A stretch of DNA of 63,507 bases, filler included, from Reclinomonas americana ATCC 50394 (lineage: Eukaryota): assembly GCA_048213135.1 (NCBI GenBank). It is 19 parts of 19 records of this genome, joined end to end, with 100 filler letters (N's around TTAATTAATTAA, not from the genome) between each part and the next. Parts side by side here need not be neighbours in the genome. Positions count along the whole stretch, not along the records: positions 35,149 to 37,145 come from AFZH01022449.1; positions 37,246 to 39,539 come from AFZH01022450.1; positions 39,640 to 46,119 come from AFZH01022451.1; positions 46,220 to 47,867 come from AFZH01022452.1; 15 more parts are not named here. One strand, 5' to 3'. Shown one piece after another: positions 36,760-47,867 of this stretch (its first letter is position 1; the number at the start of each line of letters is the position of its first letter). The translations under genes and the position numbers were made by a program. A model generated the notes under the pieces. The model was not told the DNA's origin. It saw only the letters and a list, made by a program, of their open reading frames with translations, and searched no databases.

Positions 36760-39539
36760 TCAGATTGGCTCGTACACGCCATCCTCCTGATCCGCAGCCG
36801 CCGACTTTCCGCCCCCATATGTCCCCATCGAGACAGGCTGCTTTCTATAACGTTGCACCACATCTCCACCACCATCGTCGCCGTCATTTCCATCCCCCTC
36901 ATCTTCTCCGCCAGCGCCACCGAAGCGAAGATCATGTTGCACCTCATCGTCGACGTCTGGCGCATCCAGCATGCGTTGCTGCACATTCCCATCGACCGCG
37001 ACGTTGACCTGTTGGCCGCGATCACCTGGTCGCGCCATACGGTTCTCTACAGGTGCAAAGCATGTTCTGCGCAACCACCACCACAGAAGCAGCATGGAGC
37101 TCAGCGGGCACACAAAGATCCACGTCACCCACAGCGTCAGCATGGNNNNNNNNNNNNNNNNNNNNNNNNNNNNNNNNNNNNNNNNNNNNTTAATTAATTA
37201 ANNNNNNNNNNNNNNNNNNNNNNNNNNNNNNNNNNNNNNNNNNNNCCCAGTGGTGGCGCCCTGTACTGCCGGTGCCAGCGCAATAATTGTCGTCACTGGC
37301 GTCGTTGCGTCTGTCCACGCTCCAGTAGCCACCGCCGTCGAGACAGAGAGCGGTTGTGGTGCCATGGCCGATCGGGTGGAGGTGGAATTCCACGAGGCAG
37401 GCCCCATGGTGGTGGCCACCAAAGTGCCGGTTAGCGTCGTGCCGCGCGGCACACTGGAGGCCGTAAAGTTCAGCTGTCGGGGTTCACCGATGCCAGCGAT
37501 TCGTGCCGACAAGGCGTGTTGCACCAAGGCGGGTGAGCCCTGCTGCAACACGAGCGTCGACGAGAACACCCACGCAGCACCATCAGCGACGGCACTGGTA
37601 CCGCTGAGGCCTGCAGTTGGTACCAGTGCCGCCACATTCATGGACGTGCCACTGGAGCTGTCCACGGTGGTCACCAGCCGGAAGCCAGTCGAGAGTGCGC
37701 CACCAAAGTCGCCACGCGAGTCGACCGGCGCCGGGATTGCCAGCGGAGAATGCACGGTAGAGTTGAGTGCCGCATAACCGACCGACACCACCGCCAGGGA
37801 GGCGGATGAACTCGACGCGTCGGCCGTCCACGATGTCGCATTGACGGCGCGCACGGTGGCACCAGCGAATCCGGTGGTCGAGGCCGACGCGCTGCCGTCC
37901 AGCGACCCTATCAGACCGTCGACAGCAATGGTGACCTGTGCAGTTGCCGCCGACAGGCGCGCATTGCACGTGGCGACAAGTGCTGCTGCCGCCGTCGTGT
38001 TGCTGACCACGTACGCCAGTGAGGCGCAGCCAGCAGGGTTGACCGTATTGTCTGTCGTCGCCGAGCCAGTCCATGAAAGCCAATCAGCGCTGGCGGTCAG
38101 CAACGAGACGGTACCGTCGTCCTGGTACGTAAAGGAACCGCCGCTGCTCACGGTCGCCGTCTGGGTGACTGTCGGAGTCGAAGGCGGCAACATACCAGCT
38201 GGATTCGGCGTGGATGACAAGCGCACAGTAGCTTGTGGTCCGCCGACAGCGAGCGCGCCACTGATCGTGGCTTGTTGCTGTTGCTGGATGGTTGCCGTCG
38301 CACTGTGGAGCGTCGGGGCTGACATTGTCGTGTTGCACTGACGTGCGCCCGTAAGCTGTGCCGTGAGTCCCGAAAAGCGCATTGCTTCAGCCACTGCATA
38401 CTGGCCACGCCGCTGAGCATCGAGCTCAACACTGCACGAGGCACACGAGTCCGTCTGTGCGTAAACAACTTGGCGCAATGCCGTCGTCGCGTCGTACAGA
38501 TCCAGAGTGGCATTACTGGCCGAGGTTGCGTGCACCGAGTGTGCCGGGTGTTCAACCGTCCAGTGAGTGTGCGCCGCCTGTGATACTCCGGCGTGGAGTG
38601 ATACCGCATCAACTCCGACACTGTGGCCATCGGTGCCGCTGCTGCTCGAACGCGACTCCCAGGCCAGCGTGTCCACACCGGCAGCATCAAGGTCAGTGCG
38701 CCACGAGTCGATTTCCACCAATTGCGTGGCCAACGATACGGACGCGAGTCGACGGGTGGACCACACAGACGACTGTGCCAGCTGCGAGGCCGTCACGTTG
38801 CTGACAACGCTCTGCTGCAGCGCCATGGTCACCTGCTGCGCGTCCGCCGACTGCAGCGAGAAGCCTGCCGCACGTACGTCACAGACACCCACGGCCAGCA
38901 ACTCCGATGCACTGGCGACTTGCACGTTGAGTTGCGACTGAGCACTCGTACTCTCACCGACGACAGAAGTCACGCCGCGCCACATGGCGACCCCCGCCAG
39001 CGTCGCATTCAGCTGCGTATCGTTGACGAGGCGGCTGTGTAGAACGTGCAGTGTGCCGGCTTGGGTGGCGTTGAAGTGTGTCGCCAGCTCCTGTGTCCAG
39101 CCGTCGGTGCCAACAACAGCACGCAGCGCGTCCACAAGCACGATCATCGGTTCATGCACCAGGCAGTCAACCGACGCATCCACCGTGGCAGAGAGCAGCG
39201 ATGCACTCGCCACCGACGCGTTCAGATGCAGCGTCTGGCCAGGCATTCGCGCGTCGTTGCTGACCAACGACAAGGTCGTGTTGTGCGGCGTCATGATGGA
39301 GAGTTGCAGCATGGCAGCCTCGTAAACATTCGAGCGCAACAACTGCACTGTGCCGGAGCCGGCCGCCGTGTCGAGCTGAGCCATCTGTAACATCGGCGGC
39401 GGAGTGTGCAGCCGTGAGTGAATCGCACCGGCAGCCACCATGCTCATGCCCGGCAACACCGACGCGGTGTAGCCAAGCTGGAAACTGTCGCATACCCACA
39501 CAAAGTCACTGGTACGCGGAGCGCCGTTGGACGCCATGG
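36760..39539 (-). CDS. Type I membrane protein: long S/T/A-rich ectodomain, TM helix, cytoplasmic tail ending DGVYEPI (5' end and a middle part in gaps)
   Basis: Uninterrupted ~760-codon minus-strand ORF 37246-39539. Across the gap on the same strand, the hydrophobic segment MLTLWVTWIFVCPLSSMLLLWWWL followed by RR, an acidic tail and a stop at 36760. Joining the two parts is inferred. Confidence 0.6.
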
Positions 39540-39639
39540 NNNNNNNNNNNNNNNNNNNNNNNNNNNNNNNNNNNNNNNNNNNNTTAATTAATTAANNNNN
39601 NNNNNNNNNNNNNNNNNNNNNNNNNNNNNNNNNNNNNNN

Positions 39640-41648
39640 CGTACTTACGCGCAAGATCGTCGCAGTACTTCGCAGCCTGATGCCGGATCCTGTCGACGAC
39701 GCCAATAAACTGTCGGCGGTCATTCGTTCCACCATGACGGCCAACGAGGACCCAATTGTGGCAGTCGATGAGACCGGCGTTCTGTTGGAAGTGCTGCAGA
39801 ATCGCTTCAAGGACAAGAATGTTGAGCTTCGGTGTCGCTCCTTCTCTCCTCCACCAATCTTTCTTCTTACTTTCCTCCGCTATCCTCGCAGGGCCGGCTT
39901 ACTCGCAGTGCATTCAGCGTCGTTTCACGCTGTCTCTTTGGCCTCGGCAACGCCGGTAGTGTGATGGCTGGCACGTCTCTCTCGCTGCGGCACCTCCTGC
40001 GGCTGGAGTCGACCACTGAGCGCCTTCACCGACTTGGTCACCTTCTGCGCCCGTGGTTGACGGCCGACGTCAAGGCGGTGCTCCAGCGGTGTGGCATCAC
40101 GGACTGTACCGGTGCCGATGCGGCCTCGTTGCAAGGTAGGCGTGCGAACTGCGCATTTGTGATATCACCTCGCACTCACCTCCTCCACTCACGCAGCACA
40201 GGGCGAGCACGTCTCACCATGCGCTATCTGCAGCTGCGTTGGAGAGGTGTTTCATCCGCGGATGCCGCCAACCGGGTCATTGACGAGGACATTGACCGAA
40301 GCCGACCGCGGAGTCTCGCTCACCAGCTCACATCGCCGGAACGACTGGCGGGCGTGCGCGAGCAGCTGATAGAGGTGTGCTTGTGGCACCACCCAGCGTT
40401 TTCCATCATTCCCTCTGCTCATTGCCCCCCCTTTCCTCGTCTCACAGCTCGCTCGCGAGATCTGCGCGGCTGAGTACTTTTCCTTTGGCGTGCTTGTCGA
40501 CGCTGACGCTGACGACACGGCACCCGTCGATGTCGTCGAGCGCGGCCTTTGCTTTGTTCTCTCCGACGACGGCGCAGACCGTGCGGCGAAGATCTGTTGG
40601 CCTTCTTCGGCATCAGATCGCCAGAGTGAGAGAATTCTTTACATGTGCGAGGTGTGTTGGGTTAACCGGTTGTTGTTGCTGCGACTCGCAAGTCTCATTT
40701 ATTCGTCCTCCTCCTCTCTCTCTCTCTCTCTTTCTCAGCCGCTGGTGTTGAACGTCGTGCGCAGCGCCGTGCCCACCGCCTTGGTCGCCGGCCTTTTCCC
40801 GCAGCTTCACGTGCAATCGATGCGTGGCTTTGCGTTGGAAGATTGCGTTGCTGTCGCCCTCTGTGAGGGCGGTCTGCGAGCCGGCACCCGTGGCATTGGT
40901 GTAGCCCTCGCTGAGCTCTTCGTGTTGCGTTGTTGTCGCCCGCTCTTTCTTTCTCTCTCTCTCTCTCTCCACAGCACACCAGAGTTCTCACTTCCCCCTC
41001 CTGCCCCGCCCACGACAGTACAATTCGCAAGACGGAGGTGATTCGCCGCCTGCTGACCAACGTGGCGCCACCGCCGAAGCGACCTGTGATCTGGGACTTG
41101 CGCGAGTCCAACTCTCTTGCGAGCACAGTGGCACTGGCCGACGCCGTCTTGGACGACGTGTTCGGCCCTGGCGAGGGCGACCGTGCCGCCATTCCGTCTG
41201 CGACTTGGTGGTGTGCCTCCCGCTGAAGGATGATCCGTGCAAGTTCATTCTCCTGCTCGTCGGGTGCAAGACGAGGAGTGCCGTGGCTGAGGGCAAGGTG
41301 ACTGACAATGCAACAACAACAGACCCTCGGGAGGAGAATGGCGTGGCACGTGCTCTGGTGGAGTAACTGTCTTTGCAGGGCGCACTGGCGGCGGTGGTGC
41401 GCGTGCATCTCACGTTGCCCGCCGGTGGTGATGCTGGCACTCCGTTGGTGCGCGCGCGCTGACTGACGCCCCTGTGACACTCCATCAGTGACTCACCCCA
41501 CCACTCTATCGCACGCAGATTGACATCCTCCCTGACTCTGGCGTCCCGGAGCTGGTTGTCAACATCGACTGCACCAACCTCGCTGTGCTCGGCATCTTTA
41601 CCAACAAGACAGTGATCGCGATCAAACGTGTTGAGTGCGCGCTTTGAT
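39640..41648 (+). pseudogene. Probable Crinkler/RHS-type NTPase plus restriction-endonuclease-fold protein, with a frameshift near 41199
   Basis: Spliced exons give Walker-B-like IVAVDETG, YMCE|PLVL, RGFALEDCVAVAL, then AIPS and, in another frame, CDLVVCLP...ILLLVGCK (D...xK nuclease-like motif). Family assignment is by motif recall only. Confidence 0.4.
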
Positions 41649-42209
41649 GATGGTGGTGGCGATGAGCTGCCATGTTCTCATGTGTGTTGTTGTGTTCGCA
41701 GGCCATCCCCGGCAAGCAAGCGCACAAAAGCGTGCGCCGTACCCGCTAAGTGTATTTAACAACTGGCTGCATCGTCGAACATGCACCTACGGTTCCTTTC
41801 TGTCATACAAGAATCTCCTGTCGCCAGGATGAGATCCCTCATTTATACTCTGAGTTTCTGGTGCTCACCTCTGATGGTGATCATCATGCAGTTGTGTTGA
41901 TATTTGGATTTGTAAAGTTGGTGTCGCGCTGCCAGGTGATTGCGAGAAACTTTTTGTTGCTGGCACAAGCCCATGCCAGAGAGCGCGGCTGCGATCAGAA
42001 GCCGTGTGGTGAAGGCCCTGTGCACTCCTCACACTTTGCTCCTCGTCACGACGTTAACAATGCGATCACGTCCGTTCCGACAAGAGGAGGAGGACAAGAG
42101 TCGGGGAAACAGCAGAGCGTGCGAAGAGAAGGCGCAGTGTGTGAAAGAGAGAGAGAGAGAAAGAGTGAGAGTTACTATCGTTTCCCCTTCAGTCTCGGGA
42201 TCAAAGAAA

Positions 42210-45154
42210 ATGAGGTGTGCTGTGATGTTGTCAGGTGCATTCTCACTCTCACTCTCACTCGCGCTTCTGCTTTTGCCTCTTTGGTGGCAGTGCTCGTCGG
42301 AAGAAAGCATGGCAGCTGGCAATGGAAGGCGATGTGAAGGCACTGCGCGAGTTGATGGCGCGTGAGGGTGCACATACACTGCTGAAGAGAGAGGAGATGG
42401 ATGATGGCGGCTCAGCATTTTACTATGCCGCTTGGTACGGCCATCTCTCTGTGTTGGTGTATCTGTGGGAGGAGAGTGGTGTCGGGCCACAACTCGCACA
42501 AATGGTCAACGACAATGGTTGGACGCCACTGATGGTGGCAGCCGGCAATGGGCATCTGCAAGTGGTGGAGTGGTTGCTTGCCGATGAGCGACGATGTCCG
42601 CCGGAGATGGTACAGGCGGTCACCAATGACAGTGACTTCTATCCGCGGTCCACTGCACTGCATTTTGCTGCCGTGAGAGGCCACGAAGCTGTTGCGCGAC
42701 TCCTCGCCACTCGCTTCCCCGACCTCATTCCCATGGTCAACAAGGCGAGCAAGACAGCGGCTCAGTGGGCGAGCGACCGAGGCAAGCAGCAAGCGGCCGA
42801 CTTGCTCGATCGCCTTGCTGCACAACCAGCACCACCACGCCAACAACAACAACAGCAGCCGCGATCCCCGCATCCTGCAGGTATTGACCTCTATTTTGTC
42901 TGTTGGCATGATGTGTTCGGGCTCATGCTCCACCACCTGTGGTTTGTCCTTGTGTGTCGCTCCTGGCGAATATGCAGTGCCAGCACGCCAGGTGAGACGA
43001 AGAGTGCCACTTTCTGCTTCTTGTTGCTCATGAAACTCACTTCTCGCATCCGTTCCGTGTCTCCCTCGCACTTTCGTAAAATGCAGTCCGCTGTTGATGA
43101 TCCCACCGTCGCACGCCAACTCGCCGACAAGGACGCACTCAACGCCCAACTCCAACACGACCTTGTCGCAGCACAACAGGAGCGGGAGCAGCAGCAGCGA
43201 GAGTGGGACAGACAGCGACGAGAGCACGAAGAAATCATCGCTCAGGTGCAGAAAGCCAATGCAGAGCTCGAAGGGGGCAAGGTCGAGGACCACCAGAAGC
43301 ATGCGCAGCTGCGTCGATACGTCACGGATCTGCAACGGACTGTGTCGGAGCTGCAGCATGATAAGGCCGAGGAGCAACAAAAGAACATGGAACTGCAGCA
43401 CACAGTTGTTGAATGGCAGCGAGCGCACGCTGATGGACAACATCATATCGCGCAATTGCAGCAAGCTCATGGCCAACTGCAGGCTCAGCTGGCTGCGGCT
43501 TTGCGTGACAAGGACGATCTCACCGCGCAGCTGCAAGAGAGCAATCGACTCATCTCCCAACTGAGGCAGGATCTCCTCCTCACCCAAGGTATGTTTCTTG
43601 CTCTAATTCATTCTTCATGTCAGTGTACAACGTCCTTCATTCTCATCCATCTCTCACTTCCCATCATGCCATCCACAGTCGACACCTCCGTGCAGCGCTT
43701 CGAGTGGCCCGAGATCGAACACGCCACCGACTCTTTCTCCCCTCGCCTCAAGGTCGGCGAGGGTGGCCAGGGTGCTGTGTTCATCACACTGCTTCGTGAG
43801 ATGCACGTGGCGATCAAGGTGCTCGACCCCGAGGCACCGTGGACGATGGAGTCGTTTGAGAGCGAGGTCTGTGTCTCTTCTCTCCTGTTCTTTCCCACTC
43901 TCCTCCTCATCCTCCTTCTTCTCGCAGGTGGCCACCCTCGGCCGTCTACGTGACCGTCGCATTGTGCCTCTTGTGGGCTTCTCGGTGGGCGACGACAAGG
44001 CACGCTGTCTCGTCTACAAGGCCCTGCAGTGCGTTTCTCATCTCTCTCTTCCTCCCCGTCTCCATCATCATCTCACTGTGAAAGCACGCAGAGTTCCCAA
44101 CCTGGAGGATCTCTTGCTTTTGCCACGCGCCGGTCGTGCACCTCTTTCTGTCGTGCAGCGTGTGCAGATTGGTCTCGGACTGGCCGAGGCTGTGGTGTTC
44201 CTGCACAGGGTTTGTGCGATGTGGATGCCATTCTTCATCTTCCATTCACCCTTCCGTCGCCCTTGCTCTATGCCTTTGCGTTCTCCACTCTTCTCTTCTT
44301 CAATCAGTTGCTCGTCTCGTATTTCACAGTGTCTCGTGATGTCCTTCCTCACTCCTCACACTCGCTCATTGTGTGCCCTCTTTCTTTCTTCTCTCCTTGT
44401 CACTCTTTTTGTGTTATTTCTCTCAGTCTCTCGTGTTCTCCACCTCCGCATTCTTCTCTCGCTCATTCTCCACCCTTGCTCTCTTTCTGCTTGTACTCAT
44501 TATCTCTCTACTCTCCTTGTCACTCTATTGTTGTTTTTGTCTCTGCCATCATTATGTGTTCCCCACGTGCCCTTCAGTCGTGTATTGATGCCTTGTTCCA
44601 AGCCTAACTCACCTCTCCTCGCAGAACAATGTGGTGCACCGCGACATCAAGCCCTCCAATGTGCTTCTCGATCACCGACTCGAGCCATGTCTCGGTGACT
44701 TTGGCATTGCGCGGTCGATTGCAGATGGCAAGGTCTGTTTCCATTCAGTCCTTCTCTCCCTTTCCTCAATCTCTCACTTTCTCTCATCTCGCAGACAACG
44801 ACCGCCGCCGGCACGCTGGACTACATGGACCCAATGGCAATGCGTGTTCGTCGCCCGCACCCAGAGCACGACGTGTACAGCATGGGCATTGTGCTTGTGC
44901 AGCTGGTCACTGGCAAGCCCGTCGCCTCCGTCGTTGATTGGTCCGTGACCTGGGACCGTTCCGGTGCCGCCTCATTGCGCCCGATGGAGTTGGTGGACGG
45001 AGGAGCAGAGTGGACGCCACGCATCGCCGAACCGATGTTTGAACTCGGCATGCGATGCATGACGATGCGCCCTGACAGGCCATCCTCGCAGGAGGTGCTG
45101 GATGTCATGCGTGCGCTGCGCGAGGCGTGTGGGCAGTTCACGATGGAACTTTGA
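42210..45154 (+). CDS. Ankyrin repeats, coiled coil and IRAK/Pelle/RLK-type protein kinase
   Basis: Micro-exon ATGAG (42210-42214) splices in frame to 42291. Ankyrin motifs GWTPLMVAAGNGH and STALHFAAVRGH; Q/E-rich coiled coil; FEWPEIEHATDSF...VGEGGQGAVF, VAIK, HRDIKPSNVLLD, DFG, GTLDYMDP, DVYSMG; stop 45154. Confidence 0.9.
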
Positions 45155-45329
45155 GATGAAGGCAAGTGAAACGAGGCAGGACCCTGCGGGCAGCGTTGAA
45201 CGTTGTCGACGCTTGCCGCCGAAGCGGAGCAAGACCGAGTGGAAATGTCTTGCTACTGACACGAGAGTCAAGGGTGCCGGCAGCAGCGTTCTAAATTCGA
45301 TATCCCAGATGCTATTGTAACAACGCCAA

Positions 45330-45408
45330 ATTCACCAACAAGCTATCTTGATGACCAAGTTCAACCGTATCCAAAACATCAACACAGAGGCAGCAGCAGG
45401 TTCCTTGT
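45330..45408 (+). repeat. Dispersed ~80-100 bp repeat; second copy at 51851-51951
   Basis: ATTCACCAAC...TCTTGATGACCAAGTTCAACCGT(A/G)TCCAAAACATCAACA...GAGGCAGCAGCAGGTTCCTTGT in both copies. Confidence 0.9.
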
Positions 45409-46219
45409 GCTTTTCATGTATCGGCCTGGTCGCATTTCCAACCCGCGGAGTGGAACGATGAGTGCTGCAGCGAGAAGAGGATCGCCTGCTGGAGCAATCG
45501 ACAACAGCAGCGCACGGCTTGCTTGCCCATATGTGGGTGGTGTCCAGATTCGCGTCGATATCATGCACGACGATATCAAAACGCACGCTCACACTGAACG
45601 ATGCACGCTCAGATGCAGAAGGCACTGCAACATGGGGATGAGAAAGGGACAGAGGGGAGAGAGGGAGAGAGCAAGAGAGACAGAGAGCGGAGATAGACAA
45701 GAAAGCGGAGATAGACAAGATGAGATTTAGACAAAGGTGATTTGGTGACAGAGACAGAGATCTGTGAGTACGCCATGCTGAGCTCCCTCTCTCCTCTCAC
45801 CCTCTCTCCTCTCTCCCCCTCTCCCTCCCTCTCCGTCCCTCGAGTGTTTTATTGGCCGCCATTCCCCAAAAACCATACCGCGAATCTCCCAATCGGGCAA
45901 ACGCGAAATTCTGCCGGCCCGCACAACTCACACACACACTCCAACACACGCACGCACAGACACACTCTCAACACAACAGACCACCATGGAGGAGTCGATA
46001 TGGGCAATCGCCCATTCACCCTACGTTGCGCCTCCTGTCGAAAAAAACAACAACTTCTCACACTCACCACTCACTGACTGACACACACAGTTCGGCTACG
46101 TGGCCTGGAACTACGTCATNNNNNNNNNNNNNNNNNNNNNNNNNNNNNNNNNNNNNNNNNNNNTTAATTAATTAANNNNNNNNNNNNNNNNNNNNNNNNN
46201 NNNNNNNNNNNNNNNNNNN

Positions 46220-47822
46220 AGGTGCAGGACGATGACGATGAAGTGGAGATGTTGACGGCGGAACAGGCGGCGCGGCAACGTCGCCTGCACTCCTCGTCGA
46301 CGTTGTCGTCAGAGACACTGCCACTGGTGTCGCACTCCTCATCGTCATCGTCGACAGCGTCGCATTTGGCGGGAAAATCGCGATGGTCGTCACTGTGTAA
46401 TGTGCGCGGGGTGGCGATGCGCTGTCTGAAATCGGTGGATGGAGTGTGGAAGACGCGGCGGCGGTTGGTGGTGGCGGTGCTCGCGTGTGTGCTGGTGGCG
46501 CAGTTGGCGTGGTCGTATTACATTGATAATGAGCCGTTGTCGTATTTTGAGCCGACGGATGTGGTGCCGCAGCCGAGGTGCGCGGTGGGAAAGGAGCCCG
46601 ATGTGGAGGTGTGTGGGGGGAAGGGGGATGAAGGGGAAGGGGGATAAGAGGGGAAGAGGGAGGCGAAGAAAGGGAAAGAGGGAGGAGGGAGGGAAAGAGG
46701 GAGGAGGGAGGGCAGGCGAAGGGCAGTGAGACGAGAAGTGAAGAGAAGGCGAGAAGGGAAGGGTGGGGCAGCGAAGTAGACGAGTCTATCAATTTTGGTG
46801 TTGAGAGGAAGAGAAAGAGAAAAGGAAGACGAGGGGGCGAGCGAGGAAGAGTGAGAAAGAGGACAGGCGAGAGATGAGAGGTTGTTGAGAGACAGAAGAA
46901 AGGCAGTTGTTTGCATTCAAGCAGATGATTTTGGTGTTGTGATGATGTGTGCAGAAAGGGAGAGACAGAGAAAGTTGCGGTGCAATGAGCATTTCTCATG
47001 GAATGGTGGCTGGAGTGAGAAGGGGATGGAGAGAGAAAGACGACAGAGAGGAGCAGGATTGAAGCCAGAAGGTGGGAGAGCGAGAGAGAGGCGAGAAGAA
47101 AGGGCGTGATGGGTAAGGCAAGTTATGCGCGAGCAGGTGAGTTTGTTGATGTCGGTGTTGCGAAGAACGTGAAGAGACAGATGAAGGCGCATGAGCTCAT
47201 TTCTCACGGAATGGTGGCTGGAGTGAGAAGGGGACGGAGAGAGAGAAAGACGAAAGAAAGGGGGCAGGTGAGAAGCGAGCATGATTGAGTGAGAGATATG
47301 CGAGACAACACGACGTGAGCGGCAAGAGAGGAAGGGATTTAGTGAGAACGACAAATAAGCTCATTTCCTGTGGAATTGTGGCGGAAAAGTGAGAGAGGAA
47401 AGGGTGTGAGTGTCAGTCGCAGCGGATGAGTTCTATTGTTGTTGGTGTTGTGATATGGAGAGGACGAGGCAGAGCTCTCAGAAATGTAGTGAGGTGCATG
47501 CGAATGAGCTCGTTTCCTTTCGTATGGTGACGGGCGGGCGGGAGAGAGAGATGGAGAGGGAGAGAGAGAAGAAGAGATGGGAGAAGAGAGGGTGTGAGGG
47601 GAATGGCACGTGTCAGGTACACGCAGATGAGCATGTTGAGTCTCGAGAAACAGAGAGAAATAAGAGGCCTTGGAAGGCAGAGAGATGAAGGCTGAGCTCA
47701 TTTCCTTTCGTATAGTGACGAAAAAGAGAGAGGGAGGGGAAGTGAGATCGAATAGTGCGAGGGAGGGGAAGGGCATGTGTCTGGTGCATGCAGATGAGCT
47801 CGTTGATTTCGGTGTTGGCAGT

Positions 47823-47867
<45 letters not shown>

